From positions 1,178,001 through 1,242,000 of the forward strand of contig VRMN01000002.1 in the NCBI GenBank assembly GCA_008690995.1: a stretch of DNA of 64,000 bases, given 5' to 3'. Shown piece by piece: positions 19,030 through 29,709 of this stretch. The position numbers and the translations under genes are program-made. How positions within the stretch are numbered: position 1 is the stretch's first letter; each line of letters begins with the position of its first letter. The stretch is from Porphyridium purpureum. Taxonomy: Eukaryota. Under the pieces are notes generated by a model. The model had not been told where the DNA came from and did no database searches. It saw nothing but the letters and a program-made list of their open reading frames with translations.

Positions 19030-19482
19030 AATGAGTTATAAAACGATATGTTTATACTGTACTTCATCGCGGACCGCTGTACATTTTGTTTGTTAGCATG
19101 CGGCGCGTGGTAGCATTGAATTGTTGTTGGTTGGTATTTGTGATTCGTTAGTACAGTTGTGGATGTGAAGCGTGTACACCTCCACGATTAATTTACGATT
19201 TTCTAATAATTTTTTTTCGCGCCAAAGGAGAATAAAGAAGGCGAAGTTGGGGGGAGGGAAGAGAATCAGTGAGCGCGCGCGGTGGCATGGGGGTTCGTGG
19301 GGGTGTCGGGAGGAGGGGGGAGGGGTGGGTGGGATTGTGTGGGTGGTAGAAGAGAAGCGAGTGCTCGGGAAGAACAGTAGGTCGGGGGGCGGGAAGGCGC
19401 ATGCATGCTGCCGGACTGGAGCAGCGCAGAGGGGGGGGAAGGACGTGCGTGAGGAGAGGGAGAGACGGCGCTGGAGGTCGCC

Positions 19483-22400
19483 ATGCAGAGAATTGATGTG
19501 GACCAGACTGGCGAGGATGGATATGGTGTGATTGATTTTAGAAAGTACTTTGCGCCTGCCTCGCGTGCGGCCGCGGCTGCCGCGCGAGCAGACGATGTGG
19601 ACAGTGACGAGGAAATGGATCACGTGATGCCGGCGCGCGGCGACGCTACGGCACGCAGTTTGGAAAGCGCCATCCGAATGAGAGAGGACCCGCTCGATGC
19701 GATTATCAGCAAATACGCCAACGGTGATAGCCAGATGTCTGCTCTTGGCCTCGATTCCGCGAGGGACCCCGCGCAGCCGGACGCCGCAGCACAGAAGAAA
19801 AAGAAAAAGGCGAAGAAGGGCACAACTTACAATCCCGAAGACGACTATGACTATGACGACGATTTCATCGACGACGAGGAGTTGATGTATGCAGGTGAAA
19901 TAGCGGATTTCCAAAAGGAAGAAGCGAGAAAAGTGCTGCCGGTACATGAAGGCTTTTATATTGTTCGCGGAGGCATCCAGATGAAAACGCAGACCGAAAC
20001 GGGGACAGATGCCGCGGCGCACTCATCCGCAACTGCAGCAAACTCTAAGCAAGGCGAAAACGGCAAGGAAAAAAGCAAGATTGTGTCGAAGCATGAGTGG
20101 CTCACGCAGTACGAAAAGACGCTCGCGAGTAAGAAAAAGACCAAGAAATCAGCACTGGCTGCTCCTGCCGCATCTGGGGCGCCCGAGAAGACAAAAACTG
20201 TGGAATCCCAGTCAAAGTCGACCAGTAAGAGCCCTGCAGCTGAAATTTTGAGTGGGTCAGCGTCGCCCATATCCAAGTCCAAGCTCGTCAAGTCGAAATC
20301 AAAAGTGACCGGCGGATCGTCCGCTCCTTCATCTACTAAGAATAATAAGGGTGGCTCCGCAACCAAGGCTCAGCCAGCCATCTGGTCTGGTGATGGTGCA
20401 GCCTGTGGTACGGGTGGGACGGGCTCAGCTTCATTGTTGGACCCATTTTCGAGTGCAACTCTCGATCGGAGTCTTGTCGAAGACTCGTCGTCTCAGCTTC
20501 CGCAGACGAGCAAGGCCACAGTGCTGCGAACGCCCGAGCTAGACGAGTGTCTTGAAAACATAAGATGTACGGTGCTGCGTCTCTTCGAGGAAAACAATAC
20601 GAGCCGCAAGCCCAAACTGGATCACCCTGAAATGCTGACTTTGTTGGACACGTTTTTCATGGAAGCCGTCAAGAGCAAGTTGGCAACGGCCCCAACCACT
20701 GAAAAATGCAAAAAGGAGCGCCTCTTCCCTATCCACGACCATTTGTGGGGCATCATATCCATCTTGTTGCGTTGCCAGCGGGAGAAGCTGGAAGGCATCG
20801 GCTTTGAGTTGTTCTGGGAGGCCAAAGTGGAGGAAGCGCAAAAACGGCTCAACGAGAAAGTTGATACGCTCGCTAGCGAGATGGCTGCCATTCGCGCCGC
20901 GGCAGGGAACGAGATTGACCATGATCAGGAAGGATCGAGCGAGTATGAAGACGACGCAGCCGATGTCAGCAATGAGCAGCAGCGTGACGTACCGCAGAAT
21001 GAAACAGACGAAGGAACGGCCGGCACGGATGTCGCTCGAAGCGCAAGCATAAAACCGCCGGTGGTATTGCGCGTCGACGGCAGCCAGGATGACGACTTTG
21101 AGGAACAAACGCCCTTGCGAACACGTTCCGTGCCTGAGGAGCAGGATAGCGTGAACGGGCCTCCGGCAGCATCGGCCGGTGCACGGAAGCGCAAGCGACC
21201 AAAGCGGGTAGCAGGTGGTGAAGGACCGAACGAAAATGCGCTTCTGCCTCTGACCTGGGACCGGGCAATGGATGCAAAAATCTACGGCATTTACTCGTCC
21301 TTGCACGCCGAGTTTCGCGCAAAGGCGCAAGTCAAGCCACAAACGGCGACTCGGAAGTTCCGCGCTCGCCTTGAGAGTTATTTTGCCAAGGTACATGCCA
21401 AGTGCTTCCAGGGCTTTGATGTCAAAGTGCAAGATCTTTTGGACGCCTACAAGCGTGAGTACGACATCGTGAGCGAGCAAGACAGGAAACGGCGCGAAAT
21501 GGAAAAAGAGCTGCGCAAGGAGCAGCGAGAGCGCAAGGAAGAAGAGCGGAGGCTCGCAGAACAGGCCAAGGCTGACGCAGGCGAAGCAGTGGGCTCGGGA
21601 AAAGGCGCCGAAGTGACTGCTGTGGCGTCAGGATCGGTGTCCGTCGCTGCGAAGCAGGCACCTGCGAGATCTTCTGCTGAGACTAGTCCTGGGATGCGGT
21701 CTTCTGCGTTTGCTCAGATTTTGTCTGGCGGTGTTTCTGGGAGCTCGGCTGGCGTGCCCGCAGCACTGCCTAAGAAGGTCAAGAAGCAGAAGACCACAGC
21801 ACTTTCGGCAAGCGATGTGGTTTCTAATGCTAATGCGCAGCAGAGTCTTCATGCAAAGGCTAACGTTGACTCAGGAAAAGCGGAGCCTACGAACAAGGTG
21901 CGTAAGATTGTAGCGCCTGTGGACAGTTTGAACAGTGGCGCAGCACCGACCTCGATCAAAGAAGGAAGTGCTGACGTAGTGTCGCCGAAGGCCCCGAAGA
22001 AGCGAAAAGTAGTCGGAAGTCAGGGCGCGATAAATGAGGTCCCCATGGACATGGAACGATCCGTTTCCATGTCGCCAGCGATGGCCAAAGATCAAGTTGT
22101 TCAGGCTCTCAATGACTTCCGTGCGCATGGGTCAGAGCAAAATGGCACAGTTTCGATATTATCGTCGCCGCTGAAAGAGAGTATGGCTGTTGCAGTCGTG
22201 GCAAGTCCAATAGCACTTCCTGTTGGACTTCTCGTTTCTCCTTCGTGCCTGAAAGGTGTGACGTTCCTGCTCGTGGGCAGCTTTCCAGAGTTGACCGAAA
22301 ACATCAAGGCCCGAATCCGTTCGCTTGACGGGCGTTGTCCTCCAAAGTTCTCCAGCGTTATCACACACGGTCTGGTCGGTGCCCAGAAGAAGAGTAACGC

Positions 22401-22755
22401 TACAGAGTCCGGTGTGCACAAAAAGATGAAGCTACTTGAGGAGAAGAATATCCCTCTTGTGCACGGGCTTGAGGGTCTTTTTAAAATGATTGGGCAACGA
22501 AGTATTGGATGTGCGGATGCTAGGCGTGTCGATGGCTCAGCGTACGAGCAAATCGACACGTCCGGTCTTCCAACTCACCCTAGATCTGCGGAGTCTAGAG
22601 CTGATGCGAAGCTACCAATATTCAAAGTCCAGCCGTCGCATGCACCGCTGCCCGAGCTCACGACAATACATGCAGCACAAGCGACACTTGTAAGTTCAGC
22701 TCCGCGTGACAAGCTACCGAAAGCCTTCGATGGGAGCCCTGTTGTGCTGGACTGA
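19483..22755 (+). CDS. Ubinuclein/Hpc2-like HIRA-complex subunit (HUN domain) with a C-terminal BRCT-like domain
   Basis: YDYDDDFIDDEEL...EGFYIVRGGI matches the HUN/HRD motif; LKGVTFLLVG...IRSLDGRC...VITHGLVG...KNIPLV resembles BRCT. Confidence 0.75.
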   Translation: MQRIDVDQTGEDGYGVIDFRKYFAPASRAAAAAARADDVDSDEEMDHVMPARGDATARSLESAIRMREDPLDAIISKYANGDSQMSALGLDSARDPAQPDAAAQKKKKKAKKGTTYNPEDDYDYDDDFIDDEELMYAGEIADFQKEEARKVLPVHEGFYIVRGGIQMKTQTETGTDAAAHSSATAANSKQGENGKEKSKIVSKHEWLTQYEKTLASKKKTKKSALAAPAASGAPEKTKTVESQSKSTSKSPAAEILSGSASPISKSKLVKSKSKVTGGSSAPSSTKNNKGGSATKAQPAIWSGDGAACGTGGTGSASLLDPFSSATLDRSLVEDSSSQLPQTSKATVLRTPELDECLENIRCTVLRLFEENNTSRKPKLDHPEMLTLLDTFFMEAVKSKLATAPTTEKCKKERLFPIHDHLWGIISILLRCQREKLEGIGFELFWEAKVEEAQKRLNEKVDTLASEMAAIRAAAGNEIDHDQEGSSEYEDDAADVSNEQQRDVPQNETDEGTAGTDVARSASIKPPVVLRVDGSQDDDFEEQTPLRTRSVPEEQDSVNGPPAASAGARKRKRPKRVAGGEGPNENALLPLTWDRAMDAKIYGIYSSLHAEFRAKAQVKPQTATRKFRARLESYFAKVHAKCFQGFDVKVQDLLDAYKREYDIVSEQDRKRREMEKELRKEQRERKEEERRLAEQAKADAGEAVGSGKGAEVTAVASGSVSVAAKQAPARSSAETSPGMRSSAFAQILSGGVSGSSAGVPAALPKKVKKQKTTALSASDVVSNANAQQSLHAKANVDSGKAEPTNKVRKIVAPVDSLNSGAAPTSIKEGSADVVSPKAPKKRKVVGSQGAINEVPMDMERSVSMSPAMAKDQVVQALNDFRAHGSEQNGTVSILSSPLKESMAVAVVASPIALPVGLLVSPSCLKGVTFLLVGSFPELTENIKARIRSLDGRCPPKFSSVITHGLVGAQKKSNATESGVHKKMKLLEEKNIPLVHGLEGLFKMIGQRSIGCADARRVDGSAYEQIDTSGLPTHPRSAESRADAKLPIFKVQPSHAPLPELTTIHAAQATLVSSAPRDKLPKAFDGSPVVLD

Positions 22756-23054
22756 GGATTCGTGGCGGTGGTCGCTTCGAAAGTTCCTCAAACGAATCAA
22801 GCGGGATGGGTCCGCGCTGAAATCGAAACCTTACCCAGTCCACTCGGCACCAATCGTTCAAGAAAGCGGACTTTTATCTACGACTAATACCTATCTCACT
22901 ATTTGCTATGTTCGACAGGCGAGCACGATCATCGATTTTGCGGTCTTGACTTTCCTACATTCACATCTGTCGTTGTCCCTCATCATCCACTGGTCTTGCC
23001 TGTCAACCTTTGAGCCATACAACCGCGGCGGGCAAATGCGGCGCTCACTCGTGA

Positions 23055-24209
23055 TTACGACAGTGCAAATATGTTCTTCTCCCTGCAAATTTCGTGCAAC
23101 TTCTCCGGCCACACAGTCACGGTGACCTCACCAATGTGCGCCTTCTTGAGCAGAAGCATCATCACTCGGCCCTGGCCGATACCACCGCCAATTGAAAGCG
23201 GATACTCATTCGTGAGGATTCCCTTGTGATATTCGAGGTTCTCCCAGTTGTCGACAGGGTTCGCCATGCTCATCTGAATGCGCAGCTGGTTAGCATCCAC
23301 ACGTACCCCCATCGAGCTGAGCTCGTGGCGGCGGTTGGTCACCGGATTCCACACCAAAATATCACCATTCAGCCCATGGTACTTCTGTCCACCATGCTCC
23401 ACCTCCGTACTCCAATCATCATAGTCGGCGGCGCGCATTTCGTGCGGCACGCCGTTATCCAGCACCCACCCAATGCCGTACAGAAAGACCGCCTTTTCTT
23501 GCTTGAGGATGGCCGTCTCGCGCTCTTTGCGCGGGAGGTCTGGGAACATTTTCAGAAGATCCTCAGCGTGGATAAACTTGATGTCATCCGGGAGATCTGG
23601 ATAGCGCGGGTCGTTGAGCTGCGGGAATTGGCCGTGCACCTCACGTTCGGTGTCCTTGAGCACGCGATAGATCTTTTTGACCACACTAACAAGCGTATCC
23701 AGGTTGCGCTGCTCGTCAGTGATAGTCACCTCCCAGTCCCACTGGTCCACGTACGACGAATGGTCAATGTCGAGCCAGTAGTCCTTGCGGACCGCGCGCA
23801 TGTCGGTAATGAGTCCCTCACCTGGGTTGGTCAGGCCGTACTCAAGTAGCGCCTTGCGCTTCCATTTTGTCACCGCCTGCACAATTTGTGCATGCACGGC
23901 GTGTTCCGGCTCGTCGTTCTGGATTGTGAACGCGACGGGCGTCCTGGCACCATCACGATCGAGCGTGTCGTTCAATCCAGACTCCTCTGTCACCAAAAGT
24001 GGTACCTGCACGGGCATGAGATTGAGTTCGCGTTGAAGGCCTTCCTCAATCAAGCGCTTGGCCAAAAACAGCGCCTGCTGTGTCTGCTTTCGATCGAGCA
24101 ATGAGGCATAATTGTCCGGAAGCGACTGCTTCAAAGCATCATAGTTGCCCATCCCGGGGCCAGCCAGCTGTGCGCGCTTGGCCTCATCCCCTTCTCCTCC
24201 ACGCCCCAT
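23055..24209 (-). CDS. asnA: Aspartate-ammonia ligase (asparagine synthetase A, bacterial type)
   Basis: SGLNDTL, KWKR.AL, GEGLITDMRAVR, HSSYVDQWDWE, RAADYDDW, LNGDILVW, ELSSMGVRV, SIGGGIGQ.R and HIGEV motifs; start at ATG 24209 or 24152. Confidence 0.95.
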   Translation of the reverse strand: MGRGGEGDEAKRAQLAGPGMGNYDALKQSLPDNYASLLDRKQTQQALFLAKRLIEEGLQRELNLMPVQVPLLVTEESGLNDTLDRDGARTPVAFTIQNDEPEHAVHAQIVQAVTKWKRKALLEYGLTNPGEGLITDMRAVRKDYWLDIDHSSYVDQWDWEVTITDEQRNLDTLVSVVKKIYRVLKDTEREVHGQFPQLNDPRYPDLPDDIKFIHAEDLLKMFPDLPRKERETAILKQEKAVFLYGIGWVLDNGVPHEMRAADYDDWSTEVEHGGQKYHGLNGDILVWNPVTNRRHELSSMGVRVDANQLRIQMSMANPVDNWENLEYHKGILTNEYPLSIGGGIGQGRVMMLLLKKAHIGEVTVTVWPEKLHEICREKNIFALS

Positions 24210-25095
24210 CCTGGACGCGTCGTTCCGACACCTTCCCAGCACGTGCGCCTGCTACTTCGCGTACAGAAAGTTTCGAGCCCCTACCTTGTCCTGTCTTCTT
24301 CCGTTTCTCTTTTCCTGCGTCTTCTGATCGAAGCACGCGCACAAAGTCTAGCGCAGTCGGGCGTCTCCCTTTTAAGGACGTGAGAGACATGCGGGACGCT
24401 TGGACTCCTCTGAGCCGAGAGGGAGACGAATCTTGCACTCAGTCGACGTGGAAGCAGTAAGGCGTCATTCCCTCGTTACGACGAACTAGGCTGGACCATG
24501 GAACGTATGCTCCAAGCCATGGCTTCAGATTCTGATTTCGGGTTCAGGTCGGTCATTCCATGCGTGTAAGAATTGCAGCCACACCGCACTTCAAAATGGC
24601 GTGCGCAAGTGCGCACACATTCATCGAGAATCATATCAAACCAACAAAATCTGCGGAATCTGCACACCGACAGCGATGACTCATGCGTCACCAGAGAAGA
24701 GGCTATGGCACGGAACAAAGCTGGCCTGGGCACGCGCGAGAATGCATTTCTACAAGCGTCTCTTGCCGTCGCTTGCAACCGTTCGGAGGGAGCCAACTTG
24801 TCAGCCCAACACTCGGCTGAAAATCTCGAAGTGCGCTTCCAAAGGGCAACCAGCTTCCTCCGCACTGTACACAAAATAGGCGGGGTACAGTTCATAAATT
24901 AAATTAAATCTCAATTTAATATCCTAGGACGTTAAAAAAGGACAAAAGAGGTACAGTGAACCGATGATGCTCGAGAAAGTGGAAGGCAAGCAAGTTGGAG
25001 CTGGGAGGTCGAAAGATGCATGTTGGGTTACGACAAGAGGAGGGTCGTCGGGAGGTGGATGGCAAGGTGTGAAGAGGGTGTGAAGTGGAAGTGGG

Positions 25096-25614
25096 ATGAG
25101 AATGAGGAAGGATGGATGTCTTGGATTTGTAGCGTATGCTCCACTGGATGTGGGAAGGAGCGCACGCGATGGTTTGCGCAAGACTGGGCGATGTGTGGCA
25201 GCAGGAAGGATGCGGCTGACGGGTGAGCGTGGTCGTACGCCGTCGGTCGGAAAACGGATACGGCCGTCGTCAGCGACGCTGGCTTGTGTGGTGGTGGATA
25301 TCGATACCCGCGAGGAGCGCGAGGATGTGTTAGACTTGGCTGAGGACGCTCTGGTCGTCGTGAATTACACGGCCACATGGTGCGGGCCCTGCGTTCTCAT
25401 TGCGCCCGTATTTGACCAGCTCTCGGAAAAGTACGACAACGTCATCTTTGTCAAAGTGAATTCCGACGTCAGTGTCGGCGCACAGGAGCTCATGACGGAC
25501 GCCAAAATTCGCCAGGTGCCCTCTTTCCATTTTTGGAAAAACAGAAAGCGCGTCGAGACCCTTGACAATCCATCTGCAGACGAGCTGGAGAGAACTATCC
25601 TAAGCTTGCAATAA
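25096..25614 (+). CDS. Thioredoxin with an N-terminal targeting extension (probably plastid; possibly f-like)
   Basis: WCGPC active site; FVKVN and cis-Pro VPSF motifs; Arg-rich N-terminal extension. Confidence 0.9.
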   Translation: MRMRKDGCLGFVAYAPLDVGRSARDGLRKTGRCVAAGRMRLTGERGRTPSVGKRIRPSSATLACVVVDIDTREEREDVLDLAEDALVVVNYTATWCGPCVLIAPVFDQLSEKYDNVIFVKVNSDVSVGAQELMTDAKIRQVPSFHFWKNRKRVETLDNPSADELERTILSLQ

Positions 25615-25748
25615 GTAAATGTTGGCAGCGTTTAATTTAGCAATGTGCGCCGATTGCTAGCGACAGTCCCAGAGGAGAGCTGTATTTTCGAAGTCCATAC
25701 TTGGTTTGTTCGATAATTTCTCGCGCAAAGATACTAGTACAAAACTGA

Positions 25749-26639
25749 CTAATCTGAAGGCACGACTGCGTCATCTTCATCGACGCCGGAAAATTCCGAA
25801 TTCATCATCCACGGATCCACAACGTCCGGAACCATAGAAACAGGGGTACCCGAGTGTTTAAACGTCGGTACATGCTCCCCAAGGATGGTATAGCCGGCGC
25901 CTGTCGGTTCCATGGCAGCACAGTGAATCTTGGTACGGTGCCGTGCCTCACCTATTTGACCCGCCTGTGACGAAGGCTGTGTGTTCTGGCAAACATAATA
26001 TTGCGCCATTTCGTGGCTCTTTTGCACCAGCTCTTCCTCTGTGAGCTCGCAAAGTGCGCTCACGTTCGATAAGCTGTCACGGTAGAACACTTCGCTATAA
26101 TCAAAGTCATGCTCTCGCCCGGGCACAAGAATTTCGTGTCGCGCAAGCGCATGGTTCACGAGCCTTTGAAAGCAACCCACCGAGCCTTCACACTGTTCAA
26201 GCTCGCCGTCGCGAGCAATAACAATCCACCCTTGTGTCGTCTCAGCCACCGCAATCGGAAGTTTCTGGCCGCTGCATAATGACTGCACATACTGTTTAAG
26301 CTTTGGCGGCATCTCGTCGCGGTGCAAAGTAAACAACCCAGCAGAGCCCCAGCCCTTCTGTTTCAGCTCAAAAAAATCGCGCTTCATCTCTCGCGGCCCG
26401 TGCGTGATGTGGCAAGCGCTACAGTGCCAGCCACAAAACTTCTTGATCGCGTACACCGCCTCGCCTAACCGCGTCCCGTCCGCGTTGTACACCACATAAA
26501 TGTCTCGCAGAACTGGTAGCTCACTCTTCATGTCGGGCTCTTGTCCCTCGAAGTCACTTTGCTTCCGCTCTCGGTCGACGTCAAGCTGCCCACTGACGTG
26601 CAACCGCGCTTCCGCTGCTTTCCGCTTCACCGAATCCAT
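25749..26639 (-). CDS. Hypothetical protein with a bacterial-like VYNADG...HCxxCxITHG domain
   Basis: 296-aa ATG-initiated ORF; motif YVVYNADG..LGE..Y......HCSACHITHG...LHRDE. Confidence 0.65.
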   Translation of the reverse strand: MDSVKRKAAEARLHVSGQLDVDRERKQSDFEGQEPDMKSELPVLRDIYVVYNADGTRLGEAVYAIKKFCGWHCSACHITHGPREMKRDFFELKQKGWGSAGLFTLHRDEMPPKLKQYVQSLCSGQKLPIAVAETTQGWIVIARDGELEQCEGSVGCFQRLVNHALARHEILVPGREHDFDYSEVFYRDSLSNVSALCELTEEELVQKSHEMAQYYVCQNTQPSSQAGQIGEARHRTKIHCAAMEPTGAGYTILGEHVPTFKHSGTPVSMVPDVVDPWMMNSEFSGVDEDDAVVPSD

Positions 26640-28230
26640 CTGCCTACTGCTGTCGTACGAAGTCGTCGCTCGATTCCTTCCCCCCGCTTCTCAACTTGAA
26701 GAACAGCGCAGCGCGTCGACAGCCGCCGCCCAACTATCTTCCCTCCGTTTCTGCCAGGTGCAACGCCGCATATATACACAGCCAGCCAACGAGCTGATTC
26801 CACGAAAATTCGCGCGAGACGCACATCCACAGGAGTTGACCGCAGTATCAGGACAACACCATTTTCAACGCTTTGCGTGAGACGCGCCTTGTCTTTCACC
26901 TCACGAATGCAACACCCCCTCACCAAAAAAATCCAATGACAGCCCCTCGGGAAGTCAACCAATTAATGGCTGGGAGGACACGAAAGTTGCGCGATCCGCC
27001 CTCCCCACTGTACCCAGGTACAGCGTCGGCAGGTATCGCGCACACACGGAAAGTACAGCTCGTGCGTTTCAGCGCCTGGCCTGGACCGCCTGCGACAAGC
27101 GCAGAGCAGCTGCCTGGCGGCAGTCGCGCGGCATGTACGTGTGCGGGAAGCAGCCGTCGGGCTGAAAGCGGACAAGGTTCAGATGCGCCCGGAAGAAGGA
27201 AATGCACATCTGTGCCGCAGTCTTCGACTTGCAAGTCGAATGCACCTTTACTCCGAGGTCTCGCGGGATCCCGGCTGTGGTTGCAAAAAGGGTCGCGTAC
27301 GTCACGCACAGCAGACGAACGACCAGGGACCGCTGGTGAGCGGCTTCATGGCCGGGGAAAAATGTGACAGAACGGACCTTCCCCTCGCATCATGAAAACT
27401 TGGTCTCCGTTGTGAATTTGAGATTCTCCAGAGCTGTCCCAGGACCACATGTGTCAACAATAAGCGCACCTCCTTCAATGGCCGAGTCCAGACTGAGGAC
27501 CACCTCGCCAGATGTTTTTCAAACCTCGTCAAAAGCAATCTGCAAATGTTGCGCCGCATCATGATTTGTGCCGGACCACTTCACCGTGCATTCGAGCATG
27601 AAGGAGTTACCATTCTCGCCACCATGCCGTCCGGTCAGAGCCATCTCGCTCTCGCTTCACGGCACGCGCGACGCCTGCACCTTGAATTCTTCCGCTGTCG
27701 CGTGAACTCTTTCTCGCTTCTTCTTGAAGAAATCTGCTCGTCAAGAGAAGAGACGAGGAGAGTCAATGCGCACATATTTGTCGTCGATAGCTTCGCGGCA
27801 TCCACCTCATTGATGCCGTGAAAATCGCGTGAGTGCGAAAACGACTCTGCTCTTGTTCGAAAGGTTGGCTAGTGCATGGCGCGCTGAAGAACAATCACGG
27901 TGCGTAAACTGAGACGATGTATACCACGCTAGGCGCTAGCAATCAGGTTAGGGCATGTCGCGGGACGAACTCCAAGGCACCATGCGGCTACAGGGATACG
28001 AAAACAAAGGGCAAGAAGAGCATGCGTCCATGCATGAGTTTAGAGGAGATCACGTTTCAACGAAGCAAACACAACTTTTTTTCGCAACAATGAAGCGCTG
28101 GGCGTTCCGGTGACCAGCCTTGGGCCTTCTTCCCCGTTTCGAGCGCTGGCGACCTGCAGCAACATGGCATTGAGGTGTCTCACCAGATTTCGACCTTCTT
28201 CAATACCTCGGACTTTGAAATCGGCGAACT

Positions 28231-29481
28231 TTATTTGAGCAGACTAAAGTACAGAAGCGCGGCACTGAATATGGCCACCGGGACTGCAAATGTGATGGGA
28301 ACGCTGCTAGGTGGCGTGGGTGACGCCGTTGACATGTCCGAATCACTACTACCTTCATAGTTCGCAGGAAGAGATGCGCGGCTCGCGTTCTGGATGTGGT
28401 CTGAAATCTCAGTGCGGGAAGGTGGACTGGAGGCAGGCCACGTATGTAGCAGCTCAAATTCTTCCCGCATAATTTTTTCCGCCTGCACGCCGGCGCCAAG
28501 CACCGTAATGTCTTGCCAGCGCTTCCACAGCTCAAAATCGCCAGGGTACGCGCGAAACAGGATTCCCCGAAGAGGGTACCAAGTTCCGGACTTGTACAGC
28601 AGCTCCATCACAAAGGCGCGCGGGATCTGGCCCACAAAGTCCAGGCGTTCGCGACGACCCTGCACTTGCATAACTCCAGAATGGCTGGGTACCTCGCCGA
28701 GGCGCGGGTTGATCAACAGGATCGGTCGCTCAGATCCGATGCGCTCAACCGTACTCATGACCTGTTCAACCACAGGAGCACCCTGTGCATTGGTTGGAGA
28801 CACGAATATGAAAACATCGACGTCATCTGTGACATGTTCCGGTCCAAGATCCGCCAGCCGAACTCGCGTGCGCAATCCCTCTGACCACGATTCGCTTGAC
28901 GCACGAATGTCGGCGGCGAGCGTCTTCTGCAGGCCCGCAACGGACAGCGGCAAACCGCCAAATTGTGTAGCGCTCTGAGTCATCATTTGCACGGTTAATG
29001 CGCGATCGTCCGCCAGCCGCATCACCAAGTCCCAGATCACCTTGATTAGGAAGCGACGATCGTAAATGTCGAGCGCCGGATTCAGTTCCGGGAGTAGCAC
29101 GGTGGCCGACATTACATTTTTGCAAGTGCTACCATTGACCTTGCCCTGACGCACGTCGTCAATCGCGGTAACCAACGCAGTATTCATTGTATCTGTATAA
29201 AACGCACGCTCATGTGCGCTCATGGGTGACTGGTTGATGCGCGGTGTGAACCGGCTGTTCTTGACCAGCTGTACACCATGCTCCTCGTCCAGCTCCAGCT
29301 CGGTGAAAGGCACTGCGCACATCACCGCCACCCTAGATGGAGCGCGCGTCCGTACACTCGGACAGGCTTTTTGTCGCGTCACGGCAGACGCCCACGCGTT
29401 ACCTCCGCCGCCACGCAATCGCAGCGCGTTCGGACGCTGTGCCGCCGCCGGGGAGGCAGAAAACGCAAGAGGATTTGACAT
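28231..29481 (-). CDS. Plastid DUF1995-family protein (similar to the C-terminal domain of chloroplast adenylate kinase 5), with a C-terminal TM anchor
   Basis: LPELNPALDIY, GGLPLSVAG and RPILLINPRL.EVPS.SGVMQ..GR motifs; transit-like MSNPLAF start at 29481. Confidence 0.78.
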   Translation of the reverse strand: MSNPLAFSASPAAAQRPNALRLRGGGGNAWASAVTRQKACPSVRTRAPSRVAVMCAVPFTELELDEEHGVQLVKNSRFTPRINQSPMSAHERAFYTDTMNTALVTAIDDVRQGKVNGSTCKNVMSATVLLPELNPALDIYDRRFLIKVIWDLVMRLADDRALTVQMMTQSATQFGGLPLSVAGLQKTLAADIRASSESWSEGLRTRVRLADLGPEHVTDDVDVFIFVSPTNAQGAPVVEQVMSTVERIGSERPILLINPRLGEVPSHSGVMQVQGRRERLDFVGQIPRAFVMELLYKSGTWYPLRGILFRAYPGDFELWKRWQDITVLGAGVQAEKIMREEFELLHTWPASSPPSRTEISDHIQNASRASLPANYEGSSDSDMSTASPTPPSSVPITFAVPVAIFSAALLYFSLLK

Positions 29482-29709
29482 GCTGCCTAGAAATGATTTA
29501 CTCTCTCTGACCAGCGGCTCCAGTTCATCTGTGACTTGACCTCCCTTTGTTCTAACGCCTGCCGGCTCTTTCGATCTTGAGTTGGAATCGCACTGTACTC
29601 CACGAGTTGAACAACTTTGGTCCGTGGTTGGCGTCAGCGTGCTGCTTGCTGCGCGCAACCATTTCAGTGGCAGACTGGGCATGGAGTCGTGTCGCATATC
29701 CGCGACGCG

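Noticed and set aside
19093..20022. 309-aa minus-strand ORF (and similar long antisense ORFs at 20539-21480, 44830-45810 and 53090-54034)
   Set aside because: Shadow ORFs opposite well-supported genes, expected at this GC content and codon bias.
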